This document shows, piece by piece, positions 37,593 through 48,136 of a DNA stretch of 64,000 nt (position 1 is the stretch's first letter; each line of letters starts with the position of its first letter). The translations under genes were made by a program, and so were the position numbers. Under the pieces are notes generated by a model, which saw only the letters and a program-made list of their open reading frames with translations, did not search any database and was not told the DNA's origin. The DNA comes from an uncultured Candidatus Saccharibacteria bacterium (GTDB lineage: Bacteria; Patescibacteriota; Minisyncoccia; Phycocordibacterales; Phycocordibacteraceae): positions 1,128 through 65,127 of the forward strand of contig CAZWLE010000001.1 of NCBI GenBank assembly GCA_964634305.1, in the 5' to 3' direction.

Positions 37593-38816
37593 ATGGACCG
37601 CCCGATAGCATTTGCCATAGGCGCGCGCGAAGGTCGCGCGCGCTCTGGCGTACTTACAACGCCTCATGGCGTCATAGAAACCCCTGCGTTCGTGCCGGTC
37701 GGAACTAAGGCCGATGTAAAGGGAGTATTTCCAAGCGCGCTCAAGGCTCTCGGTGCCCAGGTAGTGCTCGCTAACACCTATCATCTCTATTTGCAGCCAG
37801 GCGCCGACATTGTAAAAGCGGGCGGCGGTCTCGCCTCCTTTATGAACTGGGAAGGCCCTACCATGACTGACTCTGGTGGCTTTCAGGTCTTCTCGCTTGG
37901 CGCAGGTTTTGGCAAGAAAGTATCTAAATTTTCTGCCGAAGACGCGTCAGTAGATGAAGGCGTTACGGTCTTTGATGATGATGTAGCGTCGCAGCATGGG
38001 CAGCTTGCGATTGTGGATGATGAAGGTGTCACCTTTACCTCGCACCACGACGGCTCTCTTCATCGCTTTACGCCAGAACGCTCCATAGAGATTCAGCACG
38101 CACTAGGCGCAGATATGTTCTTTGCGTTTGATGAGTGTACGGCACCAACGGAATCCTACGAGTATCAGAAGGAAGCGATGTACCGCACGCATCGGTGGGC
38201 TGAGCGTTCGCTAAAAGCGCATCGACAGGACATTGAGGCGAACCGTCGCCAGGGTATTTTTGGCATTGCACAGGGTGGACAGTTTGATGATTTACGAAAA
38301 ATTAGTGCGCGCGAGATTGGCGCTATGGGATTTGATGGCTTTGGCCTTGGTGGCTCGTTTAGCAAAAAGTACGGGGATGACTCGCTTGAGTCAGCACTCC
38401 GCATGCTCGACGAGATTCCTCCAGAGATGCCGGTGCATGGTCTTGGGGTGGGAGAGCCAACCGATGTGCTGCTTGGTATCGCGCATGGCGTGGATACATT
38501 TGATTGCGTTGCAGCAACGCGTATTGGTCGCCACGGATCAATCTATACTCGTCGTGGTATCCGTCATCTGCGTGGGGAAGACTATCGAACCGATTATGGT
38601 CCTCTCGACCCAGAAACTATCGTTCCGGGTACCGAAGGCTTTACGCGTGCCTACGTCTCTCACCTGGTGCGGTCAAAGGAAATGCTTGGCTCAATTATTT
38701 GTTCGATACATAACCTTGGCTTCATTCTTTCGCTGGTGGATGGTGCTCGAGAGGCGATTAAGGAGGGACGGTTTGCTGCGTACCGTGACTCCTTCTTGTC
38801 CGACTACACGGCTTGA
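37593..38816 (+). CDS. tgt: tRNA-guanine transglycosylase
   Basis: TPAFVPVGT, ANTYHL, TDSGGFQVFSL, FDEC, QGG, FDCV, HN. Confidence 0.95.
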   Translation: MDRPIAFAIGAREGRARSGVLTTPHGVIETPAFVPVGTKADVKGVFPSALKALGAQVVLANTYHLYLQPGADIVKAGGGLASFMNWEGPTMTDSGGFQVFSLGAGFGKKVSKFSAEDASVDEGVTVFDDDVASQHGQLAIVDDEGVTFTSHHDGSLHRFTPERSIEIQHALGADMFFAFDECTAPTESYEYQKEAMYRTHRWAERSLKAHRQDIEANRRQGIFGIAQGGQFDDLRKISAREIGAMGFDGFGLGGSFSKKYGDDSLESALRMLDEIPPEMPVHGLGVGEPTDVLLGIAHGVDTFDCVAATRIGRHGSIYTRRGIRHLRGEDYRTDYGPLDPETIVPGTEGFTRAYVSHLVRSKEMLGSIICSIHNLGFILSLVDGAREAIKEGRFAAYRDSFLSDYTA

Positions 38817-38907
38817 TTTCTAAAAAAGGTACGGCATAGTACGCAGGTTGTCCGTGAGCTCGGACAGCAATACGCCCTTGGGGGCTATTTTTGAGAAGGA
38901 ACGCACC

Positions 38908-39117
38908 ATGCAGCAAGCTCTTTCGACTCCCGACCAACTGGATGTGATTCGTTTCCTCCTGTCGGCCGCCGAAGTCGGCGAGATGCATCCGGGCCTCGGC
39001 GACGCGCTCGCCGACAACACCTCCGACGCCGTTCTCGTGGAGGCGTACCGGACGCCCATTGCGACGGTGTACAAGAAGCTCGACACCAAGACGAAGCCGA
39101 AGGCGCGCGCCGTCTGA
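38908..39117 (+). CDS. Putative 69-aa SD-led orphan (MQQALSTPDQLDVIRFLL...)
   Basis: AAGGA SD, TTGATT-N16-CATAGT promoter, leader hairpins, GC3-rich codons. Confidence 0.65.
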   Translation: MQQALSTPDQLDVIRFLLSAAEVGEMHPGLGDALADNTSDAVLVEAYRTPIATVYKKLDTKTKPKARAV

Positions 39118-39252
39118 CGCATCGGGAACGGGAGCGGCACGAGCCGCTCCCGAACCCACCCAAAGCGACCTGAGGAGACTCAGGCGTTTTTCATATATAC
39201 ACGAGGAGGCGGGACACATGCCCGTCTCCGCATCTTGCGGTTAACGACAATG

Positions 39253-39282
39253 AACGCTCCCGGTCCTGCCGGGGGCGTTTTT
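39253..39282 (+). terminator. Intrinsic terminator upstream of uvrB
   Basis: AACGCTCCCGG-TCCTG-CCGGGGGCGTT-TTT. Confidence 0.75.
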
Positions 39283-39299
39283 GTTATACTGACTAGCCA

Positions 39300-41363
39300 A
39301 TGGCCAATTTTAAGCTTCACACTCCTTTTCCTCCGGCAGGTGACCAGCCGGAAGCTATCAAAGCACTTACTAAAGGTGTTGCGGACGGTCTCATGCATCA
39401 GACCCTTCTTGGGGCGACGGGTACCGGAAAGACCTACAGTGTCGCAAACGTAATTGCAGCGGTTGATAAGCCGACGCTCGTCTTGGCGCATAACAAAACG
39501 CTCGCGGCACAGCTTGCGCAGGAGTATCGCGAGTTTTTCCCTGAGAACGCAGTGCACTACTTCGTTTCCTACTACGACTTCTATCAGCCAGAAGCATATA
39601 TCGCGCACTCTGATACCTACATTGAGAAAGAAGCACAGATTAATGCAGAGATTGATCGTCTACGTCATGCGACCGCACAGTCCTTGCTGACGCGTAAGGA
39701 TGTGATTGTGGTGGCTTCTGTATCTGCTATCTATGGTCTCGGGTCACCAAAGGAGTACGCGAACGCTATTTTGAAACTGGAGAAAGGTGGGGAAGAGAAT
39801 CGTGCGGCACTCGTGCGTAAACTGGTGAATATTTATTTCGAGCGCACCAATGCTGACCTTCTCCCAGGTACCTTTCGCGCGGTTGGTAACAGCCTCGAGC
39901 TCATGCCGGTCAACGAGCAGGTTATCTTCCGCTTTGCATTCGACGGCTCGCAGATTGCCGCTATTGAGTGCTTGGACCCGGTGAGTCGTGCCAAGAAGAG
40001 CGAACCCGATTCCCTCTTTGTGTTTCCTGCTAAGCACTTTGTGACCACTGAAGATGACCGCAATCGCGCGATGGAAGACATTAAGCTTGAACTTGATGAA
40101 CAACTAGAACGATTTAAGCGTCTTGAAAAACCGCTTGAGGCAGAGCGCTTGAAGCGCCGCACGCTCCATGACCTCGCGCTTATACGCGAGATTGGCTACA
40201 CGAACGGTATTGAGAACTATTCGCGTCACTTTGACGGACGTAGCGCGGGTGAGCCACCACACACCCTCCTTTCGTACTTCCCGCACAAGAAGGATGGAAG
40301 TCCCGACTTCCTTACGGTCGTCGACGAATCGCACGTCACCATTCCGCAGATAGGCGGCATGTTTGCGGGAGACCGTTCTCGTAAGGACAACTTGGTGGAA
40401 TTTGGATTCCGTCTCCCGTCTGCACGCGATAACCGTCCCCTTACCTTTGATGAGTTTGAGACGCGTGTCGGTCAGCGCATCTACACCTCTGCAACCCCAG
40501 GACAGTATGAGAAAGAGCACTCAGTGGCTCCCCACGGACAAATCGTGCAGCAGATTATTCGTCCGACGGGTCTCGTTGACCCAGAGCTCACGATTCGTCC
40601 GGTTGCGGAAACGGGTGAGTACAAGGGTCAAATTGCTGACTTCATTGCTGAAACCGAAGCCGTGATTGCTCGCGGTGGTCGTGCCATTGCGACAACGCTC
40701 ACGAAGCAGATGGCAGAAGACCTCACCGAATTTCTTAAGGAGCGCAAGATTAAGGCGGAGTACCTTCACTCTGATGTGAAGACCATAGACCGCATCACAA
40801 TTCTTACGGAGTTCCGTAAAGGTACATTCGATATTCTTATCGGTGTGAATCTCTTGCGTGAAGGCCTCGACCTTCCGGAGGTAGAGCTCGTTGGTATTCT
40901 CGACGCCGATAAGGAAGGCTTCCTCCGCTCTGAAACCTCGCTTATTCAGACCATAGGGCGCGCCGCACGTAACGTGCTTGGCCGTGTGATTCTCTATGCC
41001 GATGTGATGACCGGGTCACTGACGCGCGCTATTGAGGAAACCAACCGTCGTCGCGCTATACAGCTCGCATACAACGAGAAGCACGGCATTACGCCAAAGA
41101 CGGTGGTAAAGAAAATCCACGATATTGCTGAAGGCATGCGCAGTGAGCACGACAAAACAGTTAATGCGTTGCTCTCGCTTGATAAGAAGCTGTTTGAGAA
41201 GGACCCAGAACGCTTTGCAAAGGAACTTCGTGCACGCATGGCAGAGGCAGTAGAGTCTTTAGATTTTGAGACCGCTGCCCTTATTCGCGATGAGCTCTAC
41301 GAGTTGGAAGGGAACGCACCGAAGACCAAGAAGCTTCGCAAGAAGCGATTTGGCACAGGATAA
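39300..41363 (+). CDS. uvrB: Excinuclease ABC subunit B
   Basis: GATGTGKT, YYDFYQPEAY hairpin, DESH, LLREGLD, QTIGRAARN, UVR tail. Confidence 0.98.
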   Translation: MANFKLHTPFPPAGDQPEAIKALTKGVADGLMHQTLLGATGTGKTYSVANVIAAVDKPTLVLAHNKTLAAQLAQEYREFFPENAVHYFVSYYDFYQPEAYIAHSDTYIEKEAQINAEIDRLRHATAQSLLTRKDVIVVASVSAIYGLGSPKEYANAILKLEKGGEENRAALVRKLVNIYFERTNADLLPGTFRAVGNSLELMPVNEQVIFRFAFDGSQIAAIECLDPVSRAKKSEPDSLFVFPAKHFVTTEDDRNRAMEDIKLELDEQLERFKRLEKPLEAERLKRRTLHDLALIREIGYTNGIENYSRHFDGRSAGEPPHTLLSYFPHKKDGSPDFLTVVDESHVTIPQIGGMFAGDRSRKDNLVEFGFRLPSARDNRPLTFDEFETRVGQRIYTSATPGQYEKEHSVAPHGQIVQQIIRPTGLVDPELTIRPVAETGEYKGQIADFIAETEAVIARGGRAIATTLTKQMAEDLTEFLKERKIKAEYLHSDVKTIDRITILTEFRKGTFDILIGVNLLREGLDLPEVELVGILDADKEGFLRSETSLIQTIGRAARNVLGRVILYADVMTGSLTRAIEETNRRRAIQLAYNEKHGITPKTVVKKIHDIAEGMRSEHDKTVNALLSLDKKLFEKDPERFAKELRARMAEAVESLDFETAALIRDELYELEGNAPKTKKLRKKRFGTG

Positions 41364-41381
41364 GGGTGCTACCATTACGTC

Positions 41382-42473
41382 ATGAGCTTTAGGGCTATCC
41401 TTGGCATTGTCCTCGTTGTAGCGGTGGCCATCGCTATTGCCGTCATTGTTCTCACGATGGTGTACCTTCGTGTGGAAGTAACCGCTCTCTTTTCAACAGA
41501 GGTTGCTCTTGAGATTCAACACTCCCTTTCTCGCATACTGATGATGCAGGCCGGTGCACTACTCGCGCTCACCATCATTCTTTCAGGAGCCACTTTTATG
41601 ATTGTAGGTTCTCTCGTTGCAAAGCCGTTAAAGCGCCTTGCACATGCTATTGATACCTACGCTGAAACAGGCACACGAGAAGAAATCCCTGGTATTAGTG
41701 AAGCACCGACGGAAATTCGTCGGATTGCAGTGTCGTTCGATAAGTTGATTGAGCGACTCGATATGTCACATAAGCGTGATACGGAAATGGCACGAGTGAA
41801 GTCTGACTTTATTTCAACCGCTGCGCACCAATTTCGTACACCCCTGACCGGTATTCGCTGGGCTCTTGAAGCACTCCAGAAGGAACAACTAACGGAGAGC
41901 CAGAAGGCTCTTGTGGAGAGTGCCGTTGGTAAGTCAAAGGATTTGGTGGGTATTGTAGGTACGTTGCTCGATGTCTCTGCGATAGAGTCAGGGAAGTATA
42001 AATATGCGTTCCAGCCTACCGACATCGATGCTCTTCTTAAAGAACTTGCAACGGATTTTGGTCCCCTTGCGGCTAAAACCCAGGTATCCCTTTTTTATTC
42101 GCATGAGTCTCCCGGTGCCATCATGGCGCGTGCTGACCGCGAACGCATTAAGTGGGTGCTAAACAATCTCATTGAGAACGCAATTACCTACACGCCCGCA
42201 GGCGGTACGGTCCGTATTTCTATGGAGGAATCAGAACAGCGCATTTATGTGCGCGTGAAGGATACCGGTATCGGTATTCTTGCTACTGACCGCGCTAACA
42301 TCTTTGAGCGCTTCTACCGTGCACAGAACGCTATTGCTAAGCAAAACCAAGGGAACGGTCTTGGCCTCTATATCGCTCGCACTATCGCTACCGACCATGG
42401 CGGAGAGCTCAATTTTGCGCCAAATGAGGAGGGCCCAGGTACTACCTTCACTCTCTCCTTGCCACGAGCGTAG
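41382..42473 (+). CDS. Membrane sensor histidine kinase (2TM-HAMP-HisKA-HATPase)
   Basis: AHQFRTPL H-box, NLIENAITY, DTGIGI, FERFYR, GLGL. Confidence 0.93.
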   Translation: MSFRAILGIVLVVAVAIAIAVIVLTMVYLRVEVTALFSTEVALEIQHSLSRILMMQAGALLALTIILSGATFMIVGSLVAKPLKRLAHAIDTYAETGTREEIPGISEAPTEIRRIAVSFDKLIERLDMSHKRDTEMARVKSDFISTAAHQFRTPLTGIRWALEALQKEQLTESQKALVESAVGKSKDLVGIVGTLLDVSAIESGKYKYAFQPTDIDALLKELATDFGPLAAKTQVSLFYSHESPGAIMARADRERIKWVLNNLIENAITYTPAGGTVRISMEESEQRIYVRVKDTGIGILATDRANIFERFYRAQNAIAKQNQGNGLGLYIARTIATDHGGELNFAPNEEGPGTTFTLSLPRA

Positions 42474-42491
42474 AGTGCTATCATTGAGGCT

Positions 42492-42899
42492 ATGGCTGAC
42501 ACTAAGTTTATCCTCGTCGTTGAGGACGACCCTATCCTCAAGAACCTCCTTGGGCACACCTTTGCAGGAAAGTACCAGACGCTCTACGCGTCTGACGGTA
42601 ATGAAGCACTTTCGCTCTTTGAGGCGAATAAGCCGTCACTCGTACTTCTCGACCTCATGCTGCCAACCATGGATGGGTTTGCAGTCCTTGAAACTATCCG
42701 AAAGCGCACAGATGCATTGAAAGATGTGCCAATTATTGTCGTCTCCAACCTTGGCGCTGATACCGATAAGGAACGTGCGAAGACGCTTGGCGCGACGGAA
42801 TACCTCGTGAAGGCAGAAGTATCAGTAGAAGAAATTGTTGCGAAGATTGAAGGCATGCTCGCGACTCTTTCTGCCACAGAAGCGACTCCTGCCGCATAA
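42492..42899 (+). CDS. Single-domain response regulator (receiver only)
   Basis: VEDD, LLDLMLP.MDG, S, YLVK. Confidence 0.92.
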   Translation: MADTKFILVVEDDPILKNLLGHTFAGKYQTLYASDGNEALSLFEANKPSLVLLDLMLPTMDGFAVLETIRKRTDALKDVPIIVVSNLGADTDKERAKTLGATEYLVKAEVSVEEIVAKIEGMLATLSATEATPAA

Positions 42900-42979
42900 C
42901 GTGTGTAGTCGCTTGGGATAACCCAATTTGCTATACTCCATACTGAACCGGTCCCGCCAAGGACTGGCTATTCTCATAG

Positions 42980-45613
42980 ATGACGGCAAAGAAACCAAAA
43001 CCTGAGCACGAGCAATTCACCGGAGAAGACTGGATTACGGTGAAGGGTGCGCGTACCCACAACCTCAAAAACCTCTCGGTAGAAATGCCACGAGGGACTA
43101 TGACTGTGCTTACCGGTCTATCTGGCTCAGGTAAGTCATCACTTGCCTTCGACACTATTTTTGCCGAAGGACAGCGTCGCTATGTAGAAAGCCTCTCCGC
43201 GTACGCTCGCCAGTTCTTGAATCAGATGCAAAAGCCAGACGTGGATGAAATCACGGGCCTCTCTCCAGCTATCTCTATTGATCAGAAATCACGCTCCAAT
43301 AACCCACGTTCAACGGTAGCAACGGTTACGGAAATCTATGACTATCTGCGCGTGCTCTATGCGCGTGCAGGTCAGCCGTACTGTGTAAATCACGATGTGC
43401 CTATTTCAAAACTCTCTAAGGAAGAAATGATTGGCATGGTGATGAAGCGAGTAAGTGAGAAGACGAATCCAAAGGGAGAGAAGGTGATGGATGTGACGCT
43501 TGATAGGACACAGGTGGTGCTCTATGCGCCGGTCGTGGTTGGTCGTAAGGGCGAGTACTACCAGCTGCTCTATGACCTCCTTGGTAAGGGATACGAACGC
43601 GTTGTCATCGACGGTAAGCAGCAGTCACTTCGTGAGAAGGTGTCGCTCGACCGTAACAAGCGCCATGACATTGATGCGGTCGTAGACTCTATTTTTGTTT
43701 CTGAGTTCGCTCGTACCCCTGATGCAGCGCGTGAGCGTCTCTCAGAAGCGCTTGAGCTCGCACTCAAAGAAAGCGATGGGCTTGTAAAGATTGGTCATGC
43801 TGACGGCACAGTAGAAACCCTTTCTTCTCGCTTTATCTGTCCCGAGGATGGTGCGTCCTTCCCAGAAGTAGAGCCACGTCTCTTCTCGTTTAATAGTCCG
43901 TACGGTGCTTGTCCTACCTGTAACGGTCTTGGCACGGAGTCACTTTTTTCAGATGCGATTTGTCCTGAATGTAACGGAAAGCGTCTTCGTCCTGAGGCAC
44001 TGCGTGTCTACCTCAAGGATAAGAAGGACAAGACGCTCGGCAAGAACGTCGTTGAAGTGACGCATATGTCGATAAAAGAAGCGAAAGACTTCATGGATGG
44101 TCTCCATCTCTCTGAAATGCGTGCAGAGATTGCGGCGCCAATCATTCGCGAAATCACCTCTCGCTTGGAGTTCATGCTAAATGTGGGTCTTGATTACCTT
44201 ACCCTCGACCGTTCTGCAGCGACCTTGTCTGGCGGTGAAGCGCAGCGTATTCGTCTTGCTTCGCAGCTTGGTACGGGACTCGTAGGTGCGTTGTACGTGC
44301 TTGATGAGCCAACGATTGGTCTCCATCAACGCGATAACGACCGCCTTATCAAAACGCTCATATCATTGAAGGAGCTTGGTAATACGATTCTTGTCGTTGA
44401 GCACGACGAAGATACGATTTATGCGGCTGATTACATCGTAGACATTGGTCCTGGAGCGGGCGTTCATGGCGGTACGGTTGTCGCCTCTGGATGGCTTGAT
44501 GAACTGCTTACCGCTCCAAAAAACACCTCAGGTTCACTCACGCTGTCCTATCTTCGTGGGGAGAAGGAAATAGCCGTACCAGAAGAGCGTCGTACGAGTG
44601 AAAAGGGGACGATTAAGGTGCGTGGTGCAACGCTGCACAATCTTAAGAATCAGAATGTTGATGTGCCGCTTGGTAAGCTCGTGTGCATCACGGGCGTATC
44701 AGGTTCCGGTAAATCAACGTTCCTGTACGACATTCTCCATAAGAATGTAGCGGCACGCTTTGCTAAGCGCGAGGCGAAGCCAGAACATATCGCCTCTATT
44801 ACCGGTACTGAGTACGTCTCTCGTACGGTACTCATCGACCAGTCTCCGATTGGTCGTACGCCACGCTCTAACCCTGCCACGTACACCGGTGCATTCACGC
44901 ATATTCGTGACCTCTTTGCGGCAACGCCTGAAGCACGTGCACGTGGCTGGAAGCCAGGACGCTTCTCGTTCAACGTTGCAGGTGGCCGTTGTGAGACCTG
45001 TCAGGGTAATGGCGTTATTGCAGTTGAGATGCACTTCTTGCCGACCGTCTATGTGACCTGTGACGTCTGTAACGGTACGCGGTTTATGAAAGAGACGCTG
45101 GAGGTTCGTTATCGTCAGAAGAACATCTTTGAAGTACTGCAGATGACGATTGAAGAGGCAGAGACCTTCTTCAAAGATATTCCGGCTATTCAGGAGCGTT
45201 TGGAGCAGCTCAACCTCACGGGTCTTGAATACCTCACGCTCGGTCAGTCAGCCACCACGCTATCAGGCGGTGAAGCACAGCGCGTGAAGATTGCGTCTGA
45301 ACTCTATCGTCCGACGACCGCAAAGACGCTCTACCTTCTCGATGAGCCAACCGTAGGACTCCACTACGAGGACGTTCGTAAATTGATTGAAATCCTTCAG
45401 GAGCTTGTGCGCCGTGGCAACACCGTTGTAGTTATTGAGCACAATCTCGACCTCATTAAGTGCGCTGACTATCTCATCGACTTTGGTCCAGAAGGAGGCG
45501 TTGGTGGCGGTAAGGTGGTTGCAAAGGGTACACCAGAGGAAGTTGCAGATACTGAGGGCTCACACACTGGAGAATATCTTTCAAAGATGTTCCGTAAGAA
45601 AAAGAAGAAATAG
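42980..45613 (+). CDS. uvrA: Excinuclease ABC subunit A
   Basis: [26 protein letters not shown] twice, Zn fingers. Confidence 0.98.
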   Translation: MTAKKPKPEHEQFTGEDWITVKGARTHNLKNLSVEMPRGTMTVLTGLSGSGKSSLAFDTIFAEGQRRYVESLSAYARQFLNQMQKPDVDEITGLSPAISIDQKSRSNNPRSTVATVTEIYDYLRVLYARAGQPYCVNHDVPISKLSKEEMIGMVMKRVSEKTNPKGEKVMDVTLDRTQVVLYAPVVVGRKGEYYQLLYDLLGKGYERVVIDGKQQSLREKVSLDRNKRHDIDAVVDSIFVSEFARTPDAARERLSEALELALKESDGLVKIGHADGTVETLSSRFICPEDGASFPEVEPRLFSFNSPYGACPTCNGLGTESLFSDAICPECNGKRLRPEALRVYLKDKKDKTLGKNVVEVTHMSIKEAKDFMDGLHLSEMRAEIAAPIIREITSRLEFMLNVGLDYLTLDRSAATLSGGEAQRIRLASQLGTGLVGALYVLDEPTIGLHQRDNDRLIKTLISLKELGNTILVVEHDEDTIYAADYIVDIGPGAGVHGGTVVASGWLDELLTAPKNTSGSLTLSYLRGEKEIAVPEERRTSEKGTIKVRGATLHNLKNQNVDVPLGKLVCITGVSGSGKSTFLYDILHKNVAARFAKREAKPEHIASITGTEYVSRTVLIDQSPIGRTPRSNPATYTGAFTHIRDLFAATPEARARGWKPGRFSFNVAGGRCETCQGNGVIAVEMHFLPTVYVTCDVCNGTRFMKETLEVRYRQKNIFEVLQMTIEEAETFFKDIPAIQERLEQLNLTGLEYLTLGQSATTLSGGEAQRVKIASELYRPTTAKTLYLLDEPTVGLHYEDVRKLIEILQELVRRGNTVVVIEHNLDLIKCADYLIDFGPEGGVGGGKVVAKGTPEEVADTEGSHTGEYLSKMFRKKKKK

Positions 45614-45694
45614 CAATCGGCGCGACTAGGTCATAGTCACGCCGGCGCTTCGGAATGAGCTGGTTCCCGATAAAGGGAGCTGAATCCGTTGCAT
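45612..45694 (-). ncRNA. Candidate ~83-nt three-way-junction RNA
   Basis: TTGACA-N16-TATTGT promoter; closing GCAA/UUGC; 11-bp stem with a G-U pair only on the minus strand. Confidence 0.5.
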
Positions 45695-45747
45695 GCGCAC
45701 AATACCTTAATATTTTAGAGTGTCAAATTTGATGGTACTATAGGCAT

Positions 45748-47040
45748 ATGCAGCGTGCAGAGTTAGCGAAATTCGAGCTTCCTGACTGTCCTGGCGTCTA
45801 CCTATTCACGAAGGGTAAAGGACGGTCAAAAAAGATTCTCTATGTAGGTAAAGCAACGTCGCTTCGGGACCGTACCCGAAGCTATTTTGACGATGACCTC
45901 ATAGCAACGCGTGGGCCTCGCATCGTCGATATGGTCACACTTGCTGACGGTATCAGCTATGAGACGGCACCGACCGTGCTTGAGGCGCTTGTGCGTGAAG
46001 CAGCGCTTATTCGTGAGCATCGTCCCAAGGCGAATGTTGAAGGGAAGGACGATAAGACGTTTTTGTATGCCGTCATTACTGACGAATCCATCCCGCGCGT
46101 GCTTGCGGTTCGTGGTGGAGAGCTTGATTTCAAAAAGAAGTGTTGGAACACCTCACCAAAGGTGAAACTCCGCGCTATCCATGGTCCGTTCCCGTCTGGG
46201 TATCAGCTGCGCGAGGCATTGCGTCTTATTCGTCGTATTTTCCCCTTCTACGACACGCAGCGGCCGGTAGGTGAAGGTTCTCGCTTTACGGAAGGCAAGG
46301 TGGAATTCAATCGTCAAATTGGTCAGTACCCGCGTGACCTCGACCGTACGGGCTATCTTCGCTCCATACGAAACGTATCCATGTATCTGTCTGGACGGGT
46401 GAAAACGCTTCGTAAGGACCTGGAGAAGCAGATGCGGGACGCAGTGAAAGCAGAGCGCTTTGAAGACGCAGGACTTGCCCGTAATCAGCTGTTTGCGCTC
46501 GACCATGTCCAAGATATCTCTCTTATCCGTGAAGACCGCAAAGAGGAGCAAGATGAGCCACGTATTGAGGCATATGACACGGCACATCTTTCAGGCACGA
46601 ACGCGATAGGCGTCATGGTGGTTATTGAGAATGGTCTCCCTAACAAGAAGGAGTACCGCACCTTCCGTATTCGTGGCTGGGGTGGCACTGCAGTAAGCGC
46701 GGGAGGTAAGCAGGTAAAGCAGCTCAATGACGACATTGCGTCGCTGAAGGAATTGCTCTCACGTCGATTTGGCCATCCAGAATGGCAGTACCCGAAGGCG
46801 ATTGTCGTGGACGGCGGTAAGACGCATAAGAAAGCAGCAGAAGAAACACTTGCAGAGATGGGCATCAAGATTCCCGTTATTGCGGTGGTAAAAGACGAGA
46901 AGCACCGCCCCCGTGAGGTTATTGGAAGTCTTCGCGCGGGTATTCCTGATGCGTCGGTGGTGCTTGCAAACTCTGAGGCGCATCGCTTCTCCATCACGCT
47001 TCATAGGAAGGCACGCTCTCGGCGTATGCGGGCAGCTTGA
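45748..47040 (+). CDS. uvrC: Excinuclease ABC subunit C (no C-terminal HhH)
   Basis: PGVYLF..LYVGKA GIY-YIG, UVR, IEAYD, VDGG, EAHRF. Confidence 0.92.
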   Translation: MQRAELAKFELPDCPGVYLFTKGKGRSKKILYVGKATSLRDRTRSYFDDDLIATRGPRIVDMVTLADGISYETAPTVLEALVREAALIREHRPKANVEGKDDKTFLYAVITDESIPRVLAVRGGELDFKKKCWNTSPKVKLRAIHGPFPSGYQLREALRLIRRIFPFYDTQRPVGEGSRFTEGKVEFNRQIGQYPRDLDRTGYLRSIRNVSMYLSGRVKTLRKDLEKQMRDAVKAERFEDAGLARNQLFALDHVQDISLIREDRKEEQDEPRIEAYDTAHLSGTNAIGVMVVIENGLPNKKEYRTFRIRGWGGTAVSAGGKQVKQLNDDIASLKELLSRRFGHPEWQYPKAIVVDGGKTHKKAAEETLAEMGIKIPVIAVVKDEKHRPREVIGSLRAGIPDASVVLANSEAHRFSITLHRKARSRRMRAA

Positions 47041-47070
47041 CGTACCACTTCGTTAGGTAGAGACTACGCA

Positions 47071-47150
47071 AGTCACGTGGTGCCAAGCCAGCGCCCCTCG
47101 GCTGATGGCAGGTGACAGGCGACGTCTTTCGGGACGTCGCCTTTTCCTTT
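47071..47150 (+). ncRNA. Candidate ~80-nt small RNA / attenuator: bulged hairpin plus terminator
   Basis: TTGACG-N17-GAGACT; GTCAC..TGCCA..AGC/GCT..TGGCA..GTGAC; AGGCGACGTC/GACGTCGCCT-TTT. Confidence 0.45.
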
Positions 47151-47164
47151 GGTACACTAGTCGT

Positions 47165-48136
47165 ATGAGAGGCACGATTGTTGGGGTGTTGCGTGGTGGA
47201 CCGTCGAGGGAGCATGAGGTATCGCTTGCAACTGGTGCGGCGATACTCGCTCATCTGCCAAAAGAACACTTCACAGCGCGAGATATTTATATAGACAAGC
47301 AAGGGAACTGGCATCTCTTTGGAAAACCGGTTACGCCTGCAGAAGCGCTTCGTTCGCTTGATACGGTCATTGTCGGTTTGCATGGCGAATACGGAGAAGA
47401 TGGTGAGGTACAGAAAGTACTGGAGCGATTCGGTGTTCCGTACACGGGGTCTGCCTCGTTCCCTTCCTTTGTAGCGATGCATAAGCTGATGGCGAAGAAG
47501 AAAGCGGAGGAGCTTGGCGTACTCACGCCTCGCTATCGCTATGTCGACGAAGGAAGTGATATCGAGGCCATACTTGCTGACGTGACGCGTTCCTTTCATC
47601 AGCCGGTCGTCGTAAAACCTGTGCGTTGGGGCTCTTCGGTAGGCGTGTCTCTGTCGCACGGCTACGCACCCATGCATCGCGCCGTTACTGACCTGCTCGC
47701 ACAGGGCGCGGGAGGCGTCCTTATTGAGGAGTACATAAAAGGAACGGAAGCGACGCAGGGCGTGGTGGCGCATCTGCGGGGCGAAGAGCTGTATGCGCTT
47801 CCTTCGATTGAAATCATTCCGCCAGAGGAAGCAGGCTTCTTTGCGTCGCACGTAAAGTACTCAGGAGATACACGCGAAATCTGTCCTGCACGCTTCTCAA
47901 AGAAGGAGAATGAAGAGTTGGTGCGTGTCGCCCGCCTTATGCACGAAGGTCTTGGGCTCCGTCACTACTCTCGCAGTGATTTCATCATCTCTCCTAAGGG
48001 TATCTACTATCTTGAAACCAATGCGCTTCCAGGCATGACGAGTGAATCACTCCTTCCAAAATCCCTTGCTGCGGTAGGGGTCTCGTACCCTGATTTCCTT
48101 AGCCACATTGTTAACCTCTCACTCAATCGTCTATGA
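47165..48136 (+). CDS. ddl: D-alanine--D-alanine ligase
   Basis: GGPSREHEVS, LHGEYGEDG, KP..GSSVG, RSDF, ETNALPGMT; start re-called to ATG 47165 after TACACT. Confidence 0.93.
   Translation: MRGTIVGVLRGGPSREHEVSLATGAAILAHLPKEHFTARDIYIDKQGNWHLFGKPVTPAEALRSLDTVIVGLHGEYGEDGEVQKVLERFGVPYTGSASFPSFVAMHKLMAKKKAEELGVLTPRYRYVDEGSDIEAILADVTRSFHQPVVVKPVRWGSSVGVSLSHGYAPMHRAVTDLLAQGAGGVLIEEYIKGTEATQGVVAHLRGEELYALPSIEIIPPEEAGFFASHVKYSGDTREICPARFSKKENEELVRVARLMHEGLGLRHYSRSDFIISPKGIYYLETNALPGMTSESLLPKSLAAVGVSYPDFLSHIVNLSLNRL

Noticed and set aside
47071-47116. Cobalamin riboswitch (GGTGC, AAGCCAG words)
   Set aside because: Too short, the core GGGAA and B12-box architecture is missing, and ddl is not a B12-related gene.
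47105-47164. N-terminal extension of Ddl given in the ORF track
   Set aside because: Runs through a terminator hairpin; TACACT-N6-ATG at 47165 matches the homologous start.
46994-47851. 285-aa minus-strand ORF
   Set aside because: Antisense shadow of ddl; no motifs and atypical composition.
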